Source: Nitrospirota bacterium
GTDB taxonomy: Bacteria > Nitrospirota > UBA9217
DNA length: 64,000 nucleotides
Assembly: GCA_963740085.1 (NCBI GenBank)
Contig: CAVUCU010000005.1
Coordinates: forward strand, 160,001 to 224,000
Direction: 5' to 3'
Of this stretch, positions 55,062 through 64,000 are shown piece by piece. The notes under the pieces are model-generated. The model was given only the letters and a program-made list of their open reading frames with translations, had not been told where the DNA came from and did no database searches. Position 1 is the first letter of the stretch. The number at the start of each line of letters is the position of its first letter. Position numbers and translations under genes: made by a program.

Positions 55062-55496
55062 ATGATCATTGAAGAATCAATCCTCATCAATGCCGATATC
55101 GAAAAGATCTGGAAGACCTTCACAGACCTTACGTGCTGGGCCGAATGGAATACCGTGGCCCGCAACGCGGTGTCGGACTCGGGCAACCTCGAGAAGGGAG
55201 ACCGATTCACGTTCTGCATCCGGCCCTTCTCTGTGCCGATCACGCTGAAACAGCGGATCGCTGAGGTCGTCCCCGCGCAGCGCGTTGTCTGGACCGGATC
55301 CAAGTTCGGCATCTACTCGCGCCACGAGTTCCTTTTCCAACAGGTCGCCGATAGAGTGCAGGTCACGAGCAGAGAAACCTTGCGCGGCCTGCCGCTTCTC
55401 TTCGGCGGACAGGCGTTTACCGATGCAGTGGTGCGCAAGCTAACCATCGCGATGCTGAGCGACCTGAAAAAGTCGTCTGAACAAGTGAACACATGA
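55062..55496 (+). CDS. SRPBCC family protein
   Basis: IEESILINADIEKIWKTFTD..WAEWN, SRETLRG. Confidence 0.75.
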   Translation: MIIEESILINADIEKIWKTFTDLTCWAEWNTVARNAVSDSGNLEKGDRFTFCIRPFSVPITLKQRIAEVVPAQRVVWTGSKFGIYSRHEFLFQQVADRVQVTSRETLRGLPLLFGGQAFTDAVVRKLTIAMLSDLKKSSEQVNT

Positions 55497-56074
55497 ACAA
55501 GATCATTCTTGGAATAAGTTCCTGCCTGCTCGGTAATTCGGTCCGTTACGACGGAGGGCACAAGCTCGACCCCATACTGACCGATACCCTCGGCCAGTAT
55601 GGGGAATGGATGCCGGTCTGCCCCAAGGTTGAATGCGGCCTGCCAGTCCCGCGCGAGGCCATGCACCTCGTCGGCGATCCGGAGAATCCACGGCTCGTCA
55701 CGATCCGGACCAAAGTGGACCACTCGGCACGCATGAAAACCTGGGCAAAGAAAAAAGTCGCGGAGCTGAAAAAAGCGGGCCTCTGCGGCTTCGTGTTCAA
55801 GAGCCGGTCGCCCAGTTCCGGCATGCGAGGGGTCAAGATCTATACCGAGGAAGGAATACCGAACACCACCGGCCCCGGGCTCTTCGCCAAAGCCTTCATG
55901 CAGACGTTTCCCCTTCTCCCCGTGGAGGACGAAGGCAGGCTGCACGATCCCGGCCTCCGGGAGAACTTCATTGAACGGGTTTTCGTCTATCAACGCTGGC
56001 AGGAATATATGAGGGAAGACGCTTCAATTGGGGGGCTGGTTGTTTTTCACAGGAAGGATTCGAGGTTGTCATAA
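55493..56074 (+). CDS. YbgA-type DUF523 protein, probably C-terminally truncated
   Basis: GISSCLLGNSVRYDGGH, CPKVECGLPVPRE, KSRSPSSG, EDEGRL; ends just after LVVFH, the start of DUF1722. Confidence 0.8.
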   Translation: MNKIILGISSCLLGNSVRYDGGHKLDPILTDTLGQYGEWMPVCPKVECGLPVPREAMHLVGDPENPRLVTIRTKVDHSARMKTWAKKKVAELKKAGLCGFVFKSRSPSSGMRGVKIYTEEGIPNTTGPGLFAKAFMQTFPLLPVEDEGRLHDPGLRENFIERVFVYQRWQEYMREDASIGGLVVFHRKDSRLS

Positions 56075-56412
56075 ATCTGGCGCTCCATGACGATCCCCGC
56101 TACTCCCTTCGCGACGAGCCGGGGCTGGTCAATTCTTTGGGCATGGAGTACATCCATATTCCTGTGGAGTTCGGTGCTCCTGCAGAAACTGATCTGCTTG
56201 CATTCTTCGCCGCAATGAAGCAGTATCAAGACAGGCGGATCTTATTGCACTGTGCGGCCAATAAGAGGGTTACGGCTTTCCTCGGGTTGTACCGCGTTAT
56301 CAAAGAGGGACATCCCCCGGAGGAAGCTTTTGCCTTAATGAGGTCGGTGTGGGAACCTGATTCAACATGGTCATCCTTCATTTCCGCCATGCTTGACAAA
56401 TATCACGGCTAA
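56050..56412 (+). pseudogene. N-truncated PTP-like phosphatase/sulfurtransferase (DUF442-like)
   Basis: GFEVVINLALHDDPRYSL..LGMEYIHIPV...HCAANKRV; no start or N-terminus. Confidence 0.7.
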
Positions 56413-56448
56413 GTTGTCCGATAAGGACAACGCGGCCCCGATCCACTT

Positions 56449-57177
56449 TTAACCTCGCTGCCGCACTAATCCTTCCTCCAGTTGTTCGAGCATATAGGCT
56501 GCGATGACCTCCCTGTCCTCACGACCGATGTTCATGAACTTCAGTCCCATGCCGTGCTCCCTGAACGACCCTTCTTCGAACCTCGCGGTGTAAAGGACAA
56601 CTGCCTCGAGCTTGATCTGCCGTCCCTTGATTTCGAGGACCACCGGAATGCGCGAATGGACCTGTCGGGGCTCCAGCGTCCGGAAGAACATCCCGTACTC
56701 CGACAGCTCCGTTGCAAACCCCTCCCTCCCGCGTGGCCCGTCATCCAGTCTCACGTTCAGGTGAGTCGCAATCCTGAGGTTTCTCCGCGATCCCTTCTCG
56801 ATGACCGTTTGAATAGCCCGATAGAATTCCTCCACCTTGAGCGGCTTACCCAGATGAGCGGCGTATTCTTCCCTCCGGGCCCTTGATTCCGGATCGGCGC
56901 TCGACAGTGGAGAAAGAAGGATGAGCGGGACATCCAGAAAGCGGGGGTCTTTCGTAATCCAGGACAGGAGGGTCGTACCGCCCGAACCGGCGTCGGCCAC
57001 AACCGCGGAGGGCTTTGCAGCGTTCATGTAGCCGATCGCCTCCTGTGCGGTATGGGTGGCGAAGGTATAGTAGCCGAACCGCTGAAGCAGCATGCTGGTG
57101 TAAAAGAGGTCTTCGACGTTGGCATCCAGGACAAGGACATATCGTTTACTTTTCTCGGCAGCATTCATCCCGTTCAT
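56449..57177 (-). CDS. Atypical receiver plus PilZ protein
   Basis: Receiver-like N-terminus (VLD, LGKP); RRNLR...ELSEYG, GMGLKF. Confidence 0.8.
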   Translation of the reverse strand: MNGMNAAEKSKRYVLVLDANVEDLFYTSMLLQRFGYYTFATHTAQEAIGYMNAAKPSAVVADAGSGGTTLLSWITKDPRFLDVPLILLSPLSSADPESRARREEYAAHLGKPLKVEEFYRAIQTVIEKGSRRNLRIATHLNVRLDDGPRGREGFATELSEYGMFFRTLEPRQVHSRIPVVLEIKGRQIKLEAVVLYTARFEEGSFREHGMGLKFMNIGREDREVIAAYMLEQLEEGLVRQRG

Positions 57178-57209
57178 CCTTCCGTCTCCACAATCTGAAG
57201 AACCGCGCT

Positions 57210-58481
57210 TCACAAATTCCCGCGCAGTTTCTCCACGTTCAAAATCCGTTTCACCGCCAGCTCATAGGCGGCCTTCCTCATCCGGCACTTTGCTTCGCGG
57301 CAGTGGTCATGGACGTCATTGAACGCCGTGGTCATGATCAGCTTCAACCGTTCAAGTACCTTTTCTTCCGGCCAGGTATCGTTGCTTAAATTCTGACTCC
57401 ATTCGAAATAGCTCACCACGACGCCGCCTGCGTTGGCAAGAATATCGGGAATGACCAGAATGTCCCTGTTGTAGAGAATGTCATCGGCCTGTGCGGTAAG
57501 CGGCGCATTCGCGAGCTCAAGGACGATCTTCGCCTTCACGTCATGGGCATTGTTCCCGTCGAGCTGGTACGAGAGTGCCGCTGGTATCAGGATTTCACAG
57601 TCAGCGGCAAGGAGCTCGGCCTGGGAAATGTTTTTTGCGTTTTCAAAGCCCGCGACACTGCCGGTCTTGGCCTTATGATGTCTGAGCGAAGAGATATCGA
57701 GCCCCCCCGGGTCCATGATGGCGCCGTTCACGTCGCTCACTGCCACAACAATATAGCCCCAATGATGGAGCATGCGTGCAACATTCCCGCCTGCATTACC
57801 GAACCCCTGGACCGCAACGCGGCTCCCCTGCGCTTTCATTCCGTGTTCCTTCATGGCCTGCTCAAGCACATGAACGCCGCCCAGTGCGGTCGAGTATCTG
57901 CGCGCCTTGATGCCGCCCAGTGCGGGGGGTTTTCCCGTGACCACGGCGGGAACGTGCTCACGCCTGATCCGTTCATACTCGTCGAGCACCCAGGCCATTA
58001 TCTGCTCATCGGTGTACACATCGGGCGCGGGAATATCTTTGAACGGTCCGATGTAGTCCGCGACGGCCCGGACGTACCCGCGCGTCACCAGTTCAAGATC
58101 GCGCCTCGAAAGCTCCATGGGATTGACCGTAACACCCCCCTTTGCGCCGCCGAAGGGGATGTTCACTACCGCGCACTTGAGTGCCATGAGGAAGGCCAAT
58201 TCCCTCGCATGCTCTTCGTCCATCCCGGGGTGGAAGCGAATACCGCCCTTGGCCGGTCCGCGCGCGTCATTGTACTGCACACGATAGCCCGTGAACATCT
58301 GAGTCCGGCCCGTCGTCATCTGCACCGGAAAGCTCACCGTAAAGGACCGCCGCGGTGCGGACAGCAGGTCCAGTTCATCCTGCGTGAGCCCGAGGTCGGC
58401 GTAGATGGTCTGCAGTTCGGTCATCGCGAGACTGCGGAGGTCTTTTTCGTCATGGTGGAGACGGTCGTCGTTACGGTTCAT
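57210..58481 (-). CDS. Glu/Leu/Phe/Val dehydrogenase (glutamate dehydrogenase-like)
   Basis: GPAKGGIRFHP, FGGAKGG, DIPAPD, QGFGNAG, NAGGVVVSYFEW. Confidence 0.92.
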   Translation of the reverse strand: MNRNDDRLHHDEKDLRSLAMTELQTIYADLGLTQDELDLLSAPRRSFTVSFPVQMTTGRTQMFTGYRVQYNDARGPAKGGIRFHPGMDEEHARELAFLMALKCAVVNIPFGGAKGGVTVNPMELSRRDLELVTRGYVRAVADYIGPFKDIPAPDVYTDEQIMAWVLDEYERIRREHVPAVVTGKPPALGGIKARRYSTALGGVHVLEQAMKEHGMKAQGSRVAVQGFGNAGGNVARMLHHWGYIVVAVSDVNGAIMDPGGLDISSLRHHKAKTGSVAGFENAKNISQAELLAADCEILIPAALSYQLDGNNAHDVKAKIVLELANAPLTAQADDILYNRDILVIPDILANAGGVVVSYFEWSQNLSNDTWPEEKVLERLKLIMTTAFNDVHDHCREAKCRMRKAAYELAVKRILNVEKLRGNL

Positions 58482-58561
58482 GAAGCTCCTCAAAAATGCC
58501 GGGTCCGGGGGCATGGGGAAAATCTGGCACGCTGGTTTCCCACGTCCCTTGACCCGTTCTT

Positions 58562-59977
58562 TTATTTCCTCGCCAACCCGGTCTTCTTCGCTGTCGCGGC
58601 CACGGCAGCAGCCACGGACGCAACCACGGTGCGGTCGAAAAGGCTCGGGATGATATAGTCCTCGTGCAGCTCTCCGATCTTGACCGTGTGGGCGATGGCC
58701 CTGGCAGCAGCGAGCTTCACCGCCTCGTTCACGCCCCGCGCGCGCACATCGAGCAGCCCCCGGAACATGCCGGGGAAACAGAGCATATTGTTGATCTGGT
58801 TCGGGTAGTCCGACCGTCCTGTTGCCATAACGCGCACCAGCGGCAGGGCCTCCTCCGGCGCGATCTCGGAATTGGGATTGGCGAGGGCAAAAACGATCGG
58901 ATCTTTGGCCATCTTCCTGACATCATTTGCAGTGATCACATTCGGTGCCGACAGGCCGATAAAGACGTGCGCCCCCTTCATGGCGTCGGATATGCATCCC
59001 TTCACCTTCCGCGGGTTCGTGGCTGCTGCCAGGAGGCTTTTATTGGGGTCCATTCCCTGTTGCCTGCCGACGTACAGCGAGCCTGCCTTGTCGCACACAA
59101 TAATGTCCCTGACCCCCGAGGCAAGAAGGATCCTCGTGGTTGCCGATCCGGCTGCGCCTGAACCGACGACCACGACCTTGAACTTCTTCAGGTCGCGCCT
59201 GAGCAGCCTCGAAACATTGATGAGCGCGGCAAGCACAACCACTGCCGTGCCGTGCTGGTCGTCATGGAACACCGGGATGTCAAGCATCTTTCTCAGCCGG
59301 GTCTCCACCTCAAAACAGCGGGGAGCGGAAATGTCCTCGAGGTTGATCCCGCCGAATGCCGGTGCAATGTTCTTGACCGTTGCAATGATCTCTTCCACGT
59401 CCCTGGTCGCCAGCACAAGGGGGAAGGCGTTGATGTTCGCGAACGCCTTGAAGATCATGGCCTTGCCTTCCATGACCGGCAGAGCGGCCTCTGGCCCGAT
59501 GTTGCCCAGACCAAGCACGGCGGTCCCGTCGCTTACCACGGCAACGGAATTTCCCTTCATGGTGTAGCGATAGGTGTGCTCCCTGTGCCGGTGGATGTCC
59601 ATGCAAACCCGTGCAACACCCGGCGTGTAGACCTTGGACAGATCGTTCCGGTCGCGAACGGGAAGCTTGTTCTTGATCTCGATCTTGCCGCCCTCGTGGG
59701 CAGTGAAAGTTCGGTCCGTGGACCTGAGAACTTCCACACCCGGCACTGCCGTGATGGCCTTCACGATGGACTGCTCGTGCGCCTCGTCACGGGCGTTCAC
59801 GGTGACGTCCCGGATGATCGTGCCCTTCCCGACACCCACGATGTCAACAGCGCCCATGTCGCCGCCGACACCGCCGATTGCCGTGGCGATCCTTGCGAAC
59901 ATGCCGATGCGGTTCTCGATCTCCACCCGTATCGTGATGCTGTAGCTGGGACTGGGATTGGATATGAAGTTCTTCAT
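58562..59977 (-). CDS. ACT-domain malic enzyme
   Basis: N-terminal ACT domain; YTPGVA, DGTAVLGLG, FHDDQHGTA, ATGRSDYPNQINN. Confidence 0.93.
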   Translation of the reverse strand: MKNFISNPSPSYSITIRVEIENRIGMFARIATAIGGVGGDMGAVDIVGVGKGTIIRDVTVNARDEAHEQSIVKAITAVPGVEVLRSTDRTFTAHEGGKIEIKNKLPVRDRNDLSKVYTPGVARVCMDIHRHREHTYRYTMKGNSVAVVSDGTAVLGLGNIGPEAALPVMEGKAMIFKAFANINAFPLVLATRDVEEIIATVKNIAPAFGGINLEDISAPRCFEVETRLRKMLDIPVFHDDQHGTAVVVLAALINVSRLLRRDLKKFKVVVVGSGAAGSATTRILLASGVRDIIVCDKAGSLYVGRQQGMDPNKSLLAAATNPRKVKGCISDAMKGAHVFIGLSAPNVITANDVRKMAKDPIVFALANPNSEIAPEEALPLVRVMATGRSDYPNQINNMLCFPGMFRGLLDVRARGVNEAVKLAAARAIAHTVKIGELHEDYIIPSLFDRTVVASVAAAVAATAKKTGLARK

Positions 59978-60266
59978 GGTGCGATCTCCTTTGGTCTCTA
60001 TTATAGAAGCAATTTCTCCCATGGTCAACCGGGGAATAGGGATAGGACGTTCTGCCATACCAGGTTTGGGCTTTTTGACTTCAGAAAAATCAGCGTGCAA
60101 AATCCGGAAAGAGCGGGTATAATTGGATTCAGAACTCAATGAATTCTCGCTCAGTCTCTTCGCTCCCGGAAACAGTCACCGGCTTGATGACTTCACACTA
60201 CCGAAATTTGTGATCCGTGCGTCTCTGCGAGAAAAGAGGGTGATTTCTTCCTGTAACTCAAAACCT

Positions 60267-61670
60267 ATGACCGGCTACCGCATTGAAAAAGACTCCCTTG
60301 GTGAAGTAAAGATCCCCGTGGACATGCTCTACGGTGCGCAGACCCAGCGTGCGGTCCTGAACTTCCCCGTGAGCGACGTGCGGTTTCCCCGCATTTTCCT
60401 CCGCGCGCTCGGGCTCATTAAGGCGGTTGCGGCTGAAGTGAACGCCGGGCTGGGGCTGCTCGATGCGCATATCGCGCAGGCCGTTCATCTGGCCGCCCTC
60501 GAGGTCGCGGACGGTCAATGGGACGACCACTTCCCGCTTGATATCTTCCAGACCGGCTCCGCGACATCAACGAACATGAACGCCAACGAAGTGATCGCAG
60601 GCCGCGCCACACAGCTCCTCGGCCCTTCAGCGAAGCCTGTCCACCCGAACAACGACGTGAACATGGGCCAGTCCTCGAACGATGTCATCCCCGCTGCGAT
60701 CCATGTGAGCGCATATCTGCAAACACACGAGGTGCTCATCCCGTCTCTCAGGCATCTTCAAACGATGCTTAAAAAACGGGAGGAAGAGTTCAGCACTGTT
60801 GTAAAGACCGGCCGCACGCACCTGATGGATGCAATGCCGGTCACGCTCGGCCAGGAGATCAGCGGCTGGGCATTCCAGGTCAAGCAGGGTATCGAGCGCA
60901 TCGAATCCACGCTGCCCCGCCTTGCGACGCTCGCAATCGGAGGAACCGCCGTTGGCACGGGCGTCAACGCGCCGAAGGATTTCGGCAGGATCGTTGCCAA
61001 CAGGCTTGCCGGTCGCACCAACCTGCCCTTTGTGGAATCAGACAACCATTTCGCCGCCCAGGCGGTCATGGACACGGCCGTGGAGCTGAGCGGGCAGTTA
61101 AAGGCGACCGCCTCTTCCTTCATGAAGATGGCGAACGACCTTCGCTGGATGAACAGCGGCCCGATCGCGGGGCTCGGCGAGATATCACTGCGGGCGCTGC
61201 AGCCCGGATCCAGCATCATGCCCGGCAAGGTGAACCCGGTCATGTGCGAGATGATGATGATGGTCTGCGCCCAGGTCACGGGGAACGATGCGACCATTAC
61301 GATCGCGAACCAGCAGGGCAATTTCGAGTTGAATGTCATGCTGCCGGTCCTCGCCCACAACCTTCTCCAGTCCATCACCCTGCTCGGAAACGCATCCCGT
61401 CTCCTGGCGGACAAGGCGATCGCCGACTTCACCGTGAACCGGGAGCGAATCGCCGCCCTGGTGGACAAGAACCCCATCCTCGTGACCGCCCTGAACCCGG
61501 TCATCGGCTACGACAAGGCCGCGCAGATCGCGAAAAAGGCATACGCAGAGGGACGCGCGCTCAAGGAGGTTGCCGCAGAGATGACGGGGCTGTCGAAGGA
61601 AGAATTACAGAGACTGCTCGACCCGAAGAAGATGACCGAAGGCGGGATCGGGGCGGCAGACAAATCCTGA
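60267..61670 (+). CDS. fumC: Class II fumarate hydratase
   Basis: YGAQTQRA, QSSND, GRTHLMDA, GSSIMPGKVNP. Confidence 0.95.
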   Translation: MTGYRIEKDSLGEVKIPVDMLYGAQTQRAVLNFPVSDVRFPRIFLRALGLIKAVAAEVNAGLGLLDAHIAQAVHLAALEVADGQWDDHFPLDIFQTGSATSTNMNANEVIAGRATQLLGPSAKPVHPNNDVNMGQSSNDVIPAAIHVSAYLQTHEVLIPSLRHLQTMLKKREEEFSTVVKTGRTHLMDAMPVTLGQEISGWAFQVKQGIERIESTLPRLATLAIGGTAVGTGVNAPKDFGRIVANRLAGRTNLPFVESDNHFAAQAVMDTAVELSGQLKATASSFMKMANDLRWMNSGPIAGLGEISLRALQPGSSIMPGKVNPVMCEMMMMVCAQVTGNDATITIANQQGNFELNVMLPVLAHNLLQSITLLGNASRLLADKAIADFTVNRERIAALVDKNPILVTALNPVIGYDKAAQIAKKAYAEGRALKEVAAEMTGLSKEELQRLLDPKKMTEGGIGAADKS

Positions 61671-61736
61671 GCAGGAGTACCGCACTTGGCACGGTCTTAA
61701 TATTCGCATTCACGTTAATTTTCCGGGGAACGAGTA

Positions 61737-62402
61737 ATGATAGTACCCTCATCCACAGTCGGCAGAAAAATCCTGATGGCGTTCACCGGCCAGATGATGC
61801 TTCTGTTCGTCGTCGTCCATCTGCTCGGCAATAGCACCGTTTTCTTCCACAACCTGAATGCCTACGCCGCCGCGTTGCACGCCCTGCCGGTCCTCGTCTG
61901 GACGTTCCGGCTGTTCATGGCCTCGATGCTGTGTCTCCATGTCTATCTCGGCATCGTGCTCACCCTTGAGAACCGTAAGGCGAAACCGCGGGCCTATGCC
62001 GTGACAGACCATCTCAGCGCCACCTTTGCCGGAAGGAACATGATCTGGACCGGTTCCCTGCTCGGCGTGTTCCTGGTCTATCATTTGCTGCACTTTACGG
62101 TCCAGGTCATTGACCCCGCCTTCTCAGCGCTCAGGAACCCTGACTCCCTCGGCCGGCCCGACGTATTCATGATGGTGCTGCGCAGTTTCCGGCAGATCGG
62201 CACTGCTTCCTTCTACCTTGTATCCATGGCCGGCCTGCTCCTGCACCTGTTCCACGGGATCCAGAGCTCGATCCAAACCTGGGGTTTGAACAACGACAAG
62301 ACGCTGCCGTTGTTCACTCGGGGCGGAATCGCGGCGGCAACGGTCCTCTTCCTCGGGTATGCTGCCATCCCGATGGTAATAGTGCTGGGTTTTCTGAGTT
62401 AA
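61737..62402 (+). CDS. sdhC: Succinate dehydrogenase/fumarate reductase cytochrome b subunit
   Basis: [19 protein letters not shown], five TM segments with His ligands, HLFHGIQS. Confidence 0.9.
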   Translation: MIVPSSTVGRKILMAFTGQMMLLFVVVHLLGNSTVFFHNLNAYAAALHALPVLVWTFRLFMASMLCLHVYLGIVLTLENRKAKPRAYAVTDHLSATFAGRNMIWTGSLLGVFLVYHLLHFTVQVIDPAFSALRNPDSLGRPDVFMMVLRSFRQIGTASFYLVSMAGLLLHLFHGIQSSIQTWGLNNDKTLPLFTRGGIAAATVLFLGYAAIPMVIVLGFLS

Positions 62403-62408
62403 AATTTT

Positions 62409-62538
62409 TCTCGCAGAGGATCAGAGTTCGCGGAGAAAATCATAACAACAGACAGAAGATTGATTACTTAAAACATTTTGGATCTAACTTGACAGTAAGC
62501 CGCAGCTTTACCTCTGCGCGCTCTGCGCCTCTGCGAGA
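62409..62538. repeat. Inverted GCAGAG/CTCTGC repeat arms (sdhC-sdhA spacer)
   Basis: TCTCGCAGAG GATCAGAG TTCGCGGAG ... CTCTGCGCG CTCTGCG CCTCTGCGAGA. Confidence 0.75.
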
Positions 62539-62563
62539 GACTCCTTATGAAGGTTATAAAATT

Positions 62564-64000
62564 ATGATCCTCGACGGCAAAATACCATCCGGTCCGCTGC
62601 ATGAAAAGTGGGACAAACGCCTTGCCGAGATAAAGCTCGTAAGTCCCGCGAACAAGCGCAAGTACCGCGTCATCGTTGTCGGTACCGGCCTTGCCGGCGC
62701 GTCGGCGGCAGCCTCGCTCGGCGAGCTGGGATACAACATCGATGCCTTCTGCTTTCAGGACTCCCCGCGACGGGGCCACAGCATCGCTGCGCAGGGCGGC
62801 ATCAACGCGGCAAAGAATTATCACAACGACGGCGACAGCATCGAGCGGCTCTTCATCGACACGCTCAAGGGCGGGGACTTCCGTTCCCGGGAGGCGAACG
62901 TGTACCGTCTGGCGCAGGTGAGCGGCAATATCATCGACCAAGCCGTTGCGCAGGGAGTCCCGTTCGCCCGTGACTATGCCGGTTATCTCGATAACCGTTC
63001 ATTCGGCGGGGCGCTGGTATCGCGGACGTTCTACGCGCGCGGACAAACGGGCCAGCAGCTCCTGCTCGGTGCCTACGGCGCGATGATGCGCCAGATCAAG
63101 GCGGGCACCGTCACGCTCCACCCTCGTACCGAGATGCTCGACCTCGTGGTGGTTGACGGCCATGCAAAGGGGATCACGGTGCGGGACCTCGTGTCCGGAA
63201 GGGTCGACTCGTACGTCGGGGACGCGGTCTGCCTCGCGACGGGCGGGTACGCGAACGTCTTCTACCTTTCCACGAATGCCATGGGCTCGAACGTGACCGC
63301 TGCGTACCGGGCATATAAAAGAGGCGCGTTCTTTGCGAACCCCTGCTTCACCCAGATCCATCCGACCTGCATCCCGGTCACCGGAGACCATCAGTCCAAG
63401 CTCACCTTGATGTCCGAGTCACTCCGGAATGACGGCCGCATCTGGGCTCCGAAGAACAGGGGAGACAAACGAAATCCGGACGAGATCCCGGAATCCGACC
63501 GCGATTACTTCCTTGAGCGTAAATATCCATCCTACGGAAACCTCGCGCCACGGGATATCTCCTCCCGTGCCGCGAAGGAGGTCTGTGACCAGGGCCACGG
63601 CGCGGGACCGGGCGGCCGCGGTGTGTATCTTGATTTCGCCGATGCCATCAAACGTCTGGGCGAGGACACGATCCGCGAACGCTACGGAAATCTGTTCGAG
63701 ATGTACGAACGCATCACCGATGAGAACGCCTACCGACAACCCATGCGCATCTATCCCGCCCCGCATTACGCCATGGGAGGGCTCTGGGTGGACTACAACC
63801 TTGCAAGCACGATCCCCGGCCTTTTCGTTCTTGGTGAGGCGAATTTCTCCGACCATGGCGCGAACCGCCTCGGCGCCAGCGCGCTGATGCAGGGGCTGGC
63901 TGACGGCTATTTTATCCTCCCCTACACCATTGCCGATTATCTTGCCAAGACCGCGCCCGGCGCCGTAACCGCCGATCATCCCGAGTTTAAACGGTCCCTC
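62564..64000 (+). CDS. sdhA: Succinate dehydrogenase/fumarate reductase flavoprotein (partial; runs off window edge)
   Basis: [51 protein letters not shown]. Confidence 0.95.
   Translation, partial: MILDGKIPSGPLHEKWDKRLAEIKLVSPANKRKYRVIVVGTGLAGASAAASLGELGYNIDAFCFQDSPRRGHSIAAQGGINAAKNYHNDGDSIERLFIDTLKGGDFRSREANVYRLAQVSGNIIDQAVAQGVPFARDYAGYLDNRSFGGALVSRTFYARGQTGQQLLLGAYGAMMRQIKAGTVTLHPRTEMLDLVVVDGHAKGITVRDLVSGRVDSYVGDAVCLATGGYANVFYLSTNAMGSNVTAAYRAYKRGAFFANPCFTQIHPTCIPVTGDHQSKLTLMSESLRNDGRIWAPKNRGDKRNPDEIPESDRDYFLERKYPSYGNLAPRDISSRAAKEVCDQGHGAGPGGRGVYLDFADAIKRLGEDTIRERYGNLFEMYERITDENAYRQPMRIYPAPHYAMGGLWVDYNLASTIPGLFVLGEANFSDHGANRLGASALMQGLADGYFILPYTIADYLAKTAPGAVTADHPEFKRSL

Noticed and set aside
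36400-64000. Intact prophage or ICE downstream of tRNA-Leu
   Set aside because: Only an integrase tail is present; no structural, conjugation or replication genes and no second att copy were seen.

Overview
Bacterial chromosomal window (coding regions GC-rich, spacers AT-richer; gene content suggests an anaerobic or microaerobic diderm such as Nitrospirota or Desulfobacterota, which is inference only). 1-17.6 kb is the canonical rif/str cluster on the minus strand: tRNA-Thr/Tyr/Gly/Thr, tuf, rpmG, tRNA-Trp, secE, nusG, rplKAJL, rpoBC, rpsLG, fusA and a partial second tuf. Next come rlmB-cysS, a stand-alone LigD phosphoesterase, hemE-hemH-hemY, CIRCE-controlled groESL, ctpA-envC-ftsXE and a split transketolase. 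From tRNA-Leu(CAA) at 36.3 kb there is an accessory mosaic: an integrase remnant, a triheme c7-type cytochrome, PilZ proteins, a DNA-repair-like group (macrodomain, EndoQ, DUF6504-like, VF530, pyrimidine-dimer glycosylase), a nitroreductase and TRL-like lipoproteins. The last 19 kb hold a TCA-related cluster: a frameshifted ThDP enzyme next to SSADH, citrate synthase, aconitase, GDH, malic enzyme, fumC and sdhC-sdhA. Best leads: (i) about 15 intergenic spacers carry short 7-9-nt tandem repeats, often as inverted arms, and one pair encloses a low-GC small Cys/His-rich ORF; (ii) a possible cyanobacterial-type 2-oxoglutarate decarboxylase/SSADH TCA bypass; (iii) the DNA-repair group with a palindromic operator candidate. 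No CRISPR array, rRNA or intact mobile element was seen.
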